A stretch of DNA of 64,000 nt from a virus (taxonomy: Duplodnaviria > Caudoviricetes), in the IMG/VR virus record IMGVR_UViG_3300037067_027684, positions 64,001-128,000 of that record. One strand, 5' to 3'. The notes beneath the pieces were generated by a model. That model made no database searches, was not told where the DNA came from, and saw nothing but the letters and a program-made list of their open reading frames with translations. A program made the translations under genes and the position numbers. This document shows positions 59,772-64,000 of the stretch, piece by piece; position 1 is the stretch's first letter, and each line of letters begins with the position of its first letter.

Positions 59772-60423
59772 TGAAGATAAGGAAATTGAGCATCCGTCAT
59801 TTGGTTTGATCGGTCTTGCTCGCACTTCTGGTGGTGCTAAATTGTTTGGGTCATCGGTTGACCATCACAATTATATTAGTCTTACGATTAGCCGAGCTAA
59901 GTTGGTTCGTGGTTTGCATCATGATCATTACTACTCTACGGAGGATATTATTGAGGTTGCTTTGTCGCCTAATCAATTGAGTGAATTGCTGATGAATATG
60001 AATGTTGCCGAGGGGGTTCCGTGTACACTTCATCGTATTCTTGTTGACGGGGTGTATCAAATGGTCCCTCAGCCTGATGAGGTTAGTTCGTCTACTAAGA
60101 CTTATGTTGATGAATTTAAGGAGCGTATGGCTAAGCTGGCTGAGCAGGCGGCTAGTTTGATTTCTCATGCAAGGTCTGTGGCTGAGAAACCCACTGCTAA
60201 TAAGACTGAGCGTCGTGAGTTGACTCATGAGTTGGAAATGATGGTTCAGGAGTTGAAGAATAATATGCCTTTCGCTCTTGAGAGTTATATTGAGCAGGTT
60301 GAGAAGGTTGTTACTCAGGCTAAGTCGGAGATTGAGGCTCATCGGGTGGCGATTGGTGGTACTGCTACGGTTAATCCCAAGTTGCTTGCTTTAGGGGAAT
60401 CTAAGGAGGTTAAGAATGCGTGA
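59764..60423 (+). CDS. Conserved-looking phage hypothetical protein
   Basis: EHPSFGLI..R..GG..LFGS, EV.LS..Q..EL..MN..EGVPCTL. Confidence 0.65.
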   Translation: MIDEDKEIEHPSFGLIGLARTSGGAKLFGSSVDHHNYISLTISRAKLVRGLHHDHYYSTEDIIEVALSPNQLSELLMNMNVAEGVPCTLHRILVDGVYQMVPQPDEVSSSTKTYVDEFKERMAKLAEQAASLISHARSVAEKPTANKTERRELTHELEMMVQELKNNMPFALESYIEQVEKVVTQAKSEIEAHRVAIGGTATVNPKLLALGESKEVKNA

Positions 60424-60595
60424 GATTAAGATAGTGATTTCTAAAGGTGGAAAGCTTAAGATGCTGGATAAGGATGGCACTTCGGCTCAATTTACCGAGA
60501 AGTTGGCCAAGGAACTTGGTCAAACTGAGGAGCGTCATAAAGGAGGAAATTACACTCAAAATGAGCAAAACACGGAAATCCAACAAGGCCATTAA
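60416..60595 (+). CDS. DUF2997-like protein 2 (not in ORF track)
   Basis: MREIKIVISKGGKLKMLDKDGTSAQFTEKLAKELGQTEERHKGG..; SD AAGGAGG; clear paralog of 59577-59771. Confidence 0.7.
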   Translation: MREIKIVISKGGKLKMLDKDGTSAQFTEKLAKELGQTEERHKGGNYTQNEQNTEIQQGH

Positions 60596-60830
60596 GTGGC
60601 CGTCTCGGAAAGAGATTCGAGATAAAATGATCAAAGACTGTCCTCAACTAGCTGCTATTCCTCCTTCTGCCTTTAATTTCTATACTAAGGACGAGTGGGC
60701 AGCGATGGAGACAATATTCAGGTTGAAGGTTGAACAACCTAATAAATTCCAGAGGATAATTGATATCGTCAAGGCGAAACACTCGTCAGAAATCAAGTAA
60801 GGAGTGGATAGAACTCTAAGGAGAAAAAGA

Positions 60831-61559
60831 ATGCCGACCTACATCTGCAAAGAACATGAGGACCGAGGTGAAGCAACCAATGCATTCTGGAAATATGAAC
60901 TTGAAGGAAGTACAGGAGTAACGATCCGGTTCGGTCGGATTGGTTTAAAAGGACAGGAAGTCAAGAAATCTTTTGATAGCCAATCTGCACGTGACAAATA
61001 TGTCAATGATAAAATCCGTGAGAAAACCCGTCACGGCTACCAACTTTCCAATGAGGAAACATTGGCGAAGGAGACACAGACGGCTAAGGAGCTTGGGACT
61101 CAGTATAAGATTCGCCGCATTCAGTGGGTTGCTAGGAAGGGTTCTAAGCTTAATTTCATTCTCAACTATGAGCCTACGCAATGGGTTTATGTTGAGATTC
61201 TGAATTCTTGGAAGGGTGACGTTACTCGTCTGATTCTCTCCAAGACTGAATCCCTTCAGATTGAGGGCACTGCTGAGTCTAACCGAGTCATTGAGTTTGA
61301 TTCTGTGCAATCTGCTCCGTCTGATTTCGCAAAGGCTGTGCGCAATTATTTGCGGAGTTTGGCTAAGAAGGTTGTGGCTGTCGCTCAGAAATTTGCAGCG
61401 ATGGGCAACCGTGCGTTGGATTTGGGGTTTGGTGATTCGGATGATGAAGAGCCTACACAGCAGGCTGCGGATCTTTACGAGCAGGTTGCTGAATCTGGGG
61501 CTACTGCTCAGGTCATTTCGAAGTTCGGTGGACTTGGTGAGCGTATGTTGGAGTTGTAG
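60831..61559 (+). CDS. WGR-domain protein
   Basis: NAFW.YEL....V.IRFGRIG.KGQ...K.F.....R.K....I.EK...GY. Confidence 0.8.
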   Translation: MPTYICKEHEDRGEATNAFWKYELEGSTGVTIRFGRIGLKGQEVKKSFDSQSARDKYVNDKIREKTRHGYQLSNEETLAKETQTAKELGTQYKIRRIQWVARKGSKLNFILNYEPTQWVYVEILNSWKGDVTRLILSKTESLQIEGTAESNRVIEFDSVQSAPSDFAKAVRNYLRSLAKKVVAVAQKFAAMGNRALDLGFGDSDDEEPTQQAADLYEQVAESGATAQVISKFGGLGERMLEL

Positions 61560-61594
61560 GGTCAAACCCAACCAAGGTTAAGTAGATTGAAATA

Positions 61595-62302
61595 TTATCC
61601 TGGTTGGTATTGGCTGACGTTTGCTGTGTAAATTGGAGCGCACCAAGTTGGTCCGTCGTTGAGGGTTGTGTAACTGCCATATGGTAGGGAGTCGCTACTA
61701 GATCCTTGCCATATGGCTCCAAACTGGTCATCGATCAGACAATAGAGGGTTATAACCCATCGACAATTAACAGTATCGTAACTCACGATTATTCTGAAAT
61801 CTTGTAGAATGGTGTAACCAATCCAGGAACATCGTGGATATCCTTCTTCTTCAGCCCGTGTCATTGGTGAAAGTATCATTAATTCACTACCAGTAAACGA
61901 GTTACTGCAACCACATATTTCTTGTTGGATGTAAACCGCAACTCCTTGGGCATCTAGGAATTGTACTGTGAGATATGTTAGATTAAATGTATCTATATCA
62001 AATGGACAAATACATGGTGTTGGATATGGGGATGGGGATGGAGATGGTGTTGGTGGGTATCCTGGGACTTCTTCCTTAATGGTTTCGCTGATGTGGTCTG
62101 CTGGGACGTTGCCGCAGCATTCTACTAGTCCTGGGGTTGTGTCTACGAACATTTCTACACTGCCGGTTAGGGCATTTAGAGTTACGCCTGGTATGGTTAG
62201 GGCAGTTGCTAGTGGTATTTCGTTGGCTCCGTAGTCAGGGATTATTACGAATCCATTTATGACTGGGAATCGTCTGACAATGGTGATGTCTTCAAAGCTC
62301 AT
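61595..62302 (-). CDS. Cys-containing probable structural protein with Pro-Ser linker
   Basis: PPTPSPSPSPYPTP; isolated - strand gene with CAAATATA upstream. Confidence 0.55.
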   Translation of the reverse strand: MSFEDITIVRRFPVINGFVIIPDYGANEIPLATALTIPGVTLNALTGSVEMFVDTTPGLVECCGNVPADHISETIKEEVPGYPPTPSPSPSPYPTPCICPFDIDTFNLTYLTVQFLDAQGVAVYIQQEICGCSNSFTGSELMILSPMTRAEEEGYPRCSWIGYTILQDFRIIVSYDTVNCRWVITLYCLIDDQFGAIWQGSSSDSLPYGSYTTLNDGPTWCAPIYTANVSQYQPG

Positions 62303-62340
62303 ATTAAGTACCCCATTTCCTAGACTATATTTGTCTTGGT

Positions 62341-62475
62341 GCTCCCGTTTATGTGATTGTGAGCGGTACTCCGGATGGTACCACCGTACCGGCGATACCG
62401 GTAGCTTGGCGTCCTGTAAACGGGACGGGGCGTGGTTTGGCCGGTCCGGACGGGTTCGGCGCGGGTTCTCCGCGA
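62341..62475. ncRNA. Candidate structured RNA / GC-rich intergenic element
   Basis: Hairpins TACCGG/CCGGTA, CGTCCTG/CGGGACG and CGCGG/CCGCG; shares TAGCTTGGC and CGGGGCGTGGTT with 37326-37351. Confidence 0.4.
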
Positions 62476-63888
62476 GAAAGGAACGTAAGATGAAACACAG
62501 ACGACCTCCTCTTGATGATGAATGTGGATTAATCTGTATTATTCTTAAGGGTCATTACGTTGTTCCTGGTTCTTTTGGTCTAGGTAGTGCGGATTCGATT
62601 AGGCGATTTATGATGCTTCCTGGTAATGGGAAGTACATGGATAGTGGTTACGATGGAATGAAGAAGGATGGCTACAGGTTGGCTGATGTTCGTCTCAAGG
62701 TTGTGGGTATTAAAGAGATTTGATAAGGAGTCTAAGATGAAATGTCAAGTTTGTCATGGTAAGGGTTGGTCTACTTTCGATTATGATGGTAAACCTACCA
62801 TTCAGCGTTGTGACGCTTGTATGAAATTCAATTCAGATGTTGCTGCAGCCAAGGAAGCTAAGAAGACTGGTATTAATGTCCGTCTTCGGTATCCATGTTT
62901 CATTCAGCGCCCGTATTTCAAATGACGCATTTGGAATAAGGAGAAATTTTTCATGGAACTTTCTAAGGCAGATCTGGATGATTTGGGCTTTAAGGTTATT
63001 GAGAAGGATCGAGGTTTTGGAGGTAAAGCTTGGAATCTAGTTAGGATTCAGTTGGAATCTGATGGTATTTATGATACTGAACCTGATGTTGTCTTCTTTA
63101 AGAAGGGTTCTCGGGAATTTGTGTTGGTTGGTTGTGCTTTGGAGGGGCATGGTACGTTTCGGATTTATGAGGTGAAATTATGAATGGCATTCCGCGATAT
63201 CGTTTTCAGGATGAAGTATCAGAAGATTTGAGGGGTCTGCCTAAGGGCGATTGTGAATGGCCAGGATATTCTGTCGTCTGGGATAGGCTGCAATCAATAG
63301 CATTGAAAATGGCCATGAGTAAAGGACATAATTATTTGTCCGAAGACCATTTGCATACTATGGCTGTTCTTGGTTGTGGTCATGAGGAGACAATGAAGGG
63401 TTGGCTTCTGCACCTTACGGATATTGGGTGGAAATGGGAGAAATAACAAATGCTCTACTTAATCATTGGTAACCAAGTTTCATTCATGGATAATGGACTC
63501 TCATGTGATAATGATGGAACTAGTATTTGGCTTGTTGAGGGCGAACAAGAAGCGAAGAAAAGCGCTCAGGATTGGTGGGATAAGAAATTAGTCCCAAAAG
63601 AAGAAGACGATGATGATACGGAAGTATACCTTAACATTAAGATATTCCCTGCTATAAATGGTTTGTCATTTAATCATGATGGAACTACACAAGCAAAGTC
63701 AATCTTCGAACTGGAATCAGATAGGATGAATAACACATGATTGAACAGGTTCTTCAAGAAATAATTGACAGTCTACCTCCTGTTGATAAGAAAGAGGAAC
63801 TAGATTCTTACCTGGAGAGTGTTCGGAACGAGGAAGAAGATATTGGTATCCTCAAGATGATTCCTGAAGAAGAGATTGCCCTTTACAA

Positions 63889-63915
63889 CCTCCCTAAAAA
63901 CCCGAGCAGATGCCA
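63889..63915 (+). promoter_or_regulatory. CTCCC-N16-TGCCA motif
   Basis: CCTCCCTAAAAACCCGAGCAGATGCCA just upstream of GGAGG and an ATG near 63937. Confidence 0.55.
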
Positions 63916-64000
63916 TGAGCAGGTCGGAGGACAGGAATGAAGAGTTTTAGGTCTGCGATTGTTATGTCAATTACTATGACGATTATTGCTGCTATCTCTA

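Noticed and set aside
62408-62430. tRNA-Tyr (CTGTAAA loop)
   Set aside because: No D arm, T arm (TTCRA) or acceptor stem in register
1-64000. Stop-codon reassignment
   Set aside because: Long conserved genes are intact under code 11, and TAG and TGA both end genes at sensible positions, often in ATGA overlaps
1-64000. Eukaryotic giant-virus origin (collagen, SWIB, many GTs)
   Set aside because: Pervasive SD sites, a sigma70 factor, lipoboxes and ATGA coupling indicate a bacterial host

Overview
The window looks like a 64 kb segment of a large (jumbo/huge) bacteriophage genome. It uses standard code 11, is densely packed with short genes carrying strong Shine-Dalgarno sites, and contains no rRNA, canonical tRNA, CRISPR array or reverse transcriptase. 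The left half (about 1-38.6 kb) mixes probable virion/late genes (a Cys-rich 1033-aa protein, a GPT-repeat collagen-like fibre, acidic Pro/Glu-rich proteins) with a dispersed glycan toolkit: at least 8 glycosyltransferase-like genes, a GDP-sugar dehydratase-like SDR, an intein-split NDP-sugar C-methyltransferase, FkbM and another methyltransferase. It also holds a sigma70-family factor, SWIB, Tad2-like and TOPRIM proteins, and a solo TnpB that seems to sit between the SD and start codon of a fucosyltransferase gene. The right half (about 38.7-64 kb) is an early-type, mostly + strand array: LAGLIDADG endonuclease, SF2 helicase, minimal ATP-dependent ligase, and an intein-containing Ycf46-type AAA+ ATPase with DUF1257-like, two DUF2997-like and WGR-like partners. 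The best candidates for undescribed biology are: (1) the AAA+ module and a shared C-terminal R-x-L-[DES]-[LI] peptide in five proteins; (2) a six-copy CTCCC-N16-TGCCA upstream motif, possibly read by the phage sigma factor; (3) a possible virion-glycosylation system acting on the Thr-rich fibre; (4) a recurring kb-scale sawtooth from A/C-rich to G/T-rich sequence; (5) two related GC-rich structured intergenic elements. All family assignments come from motif recognition by eye; no database searches were run.
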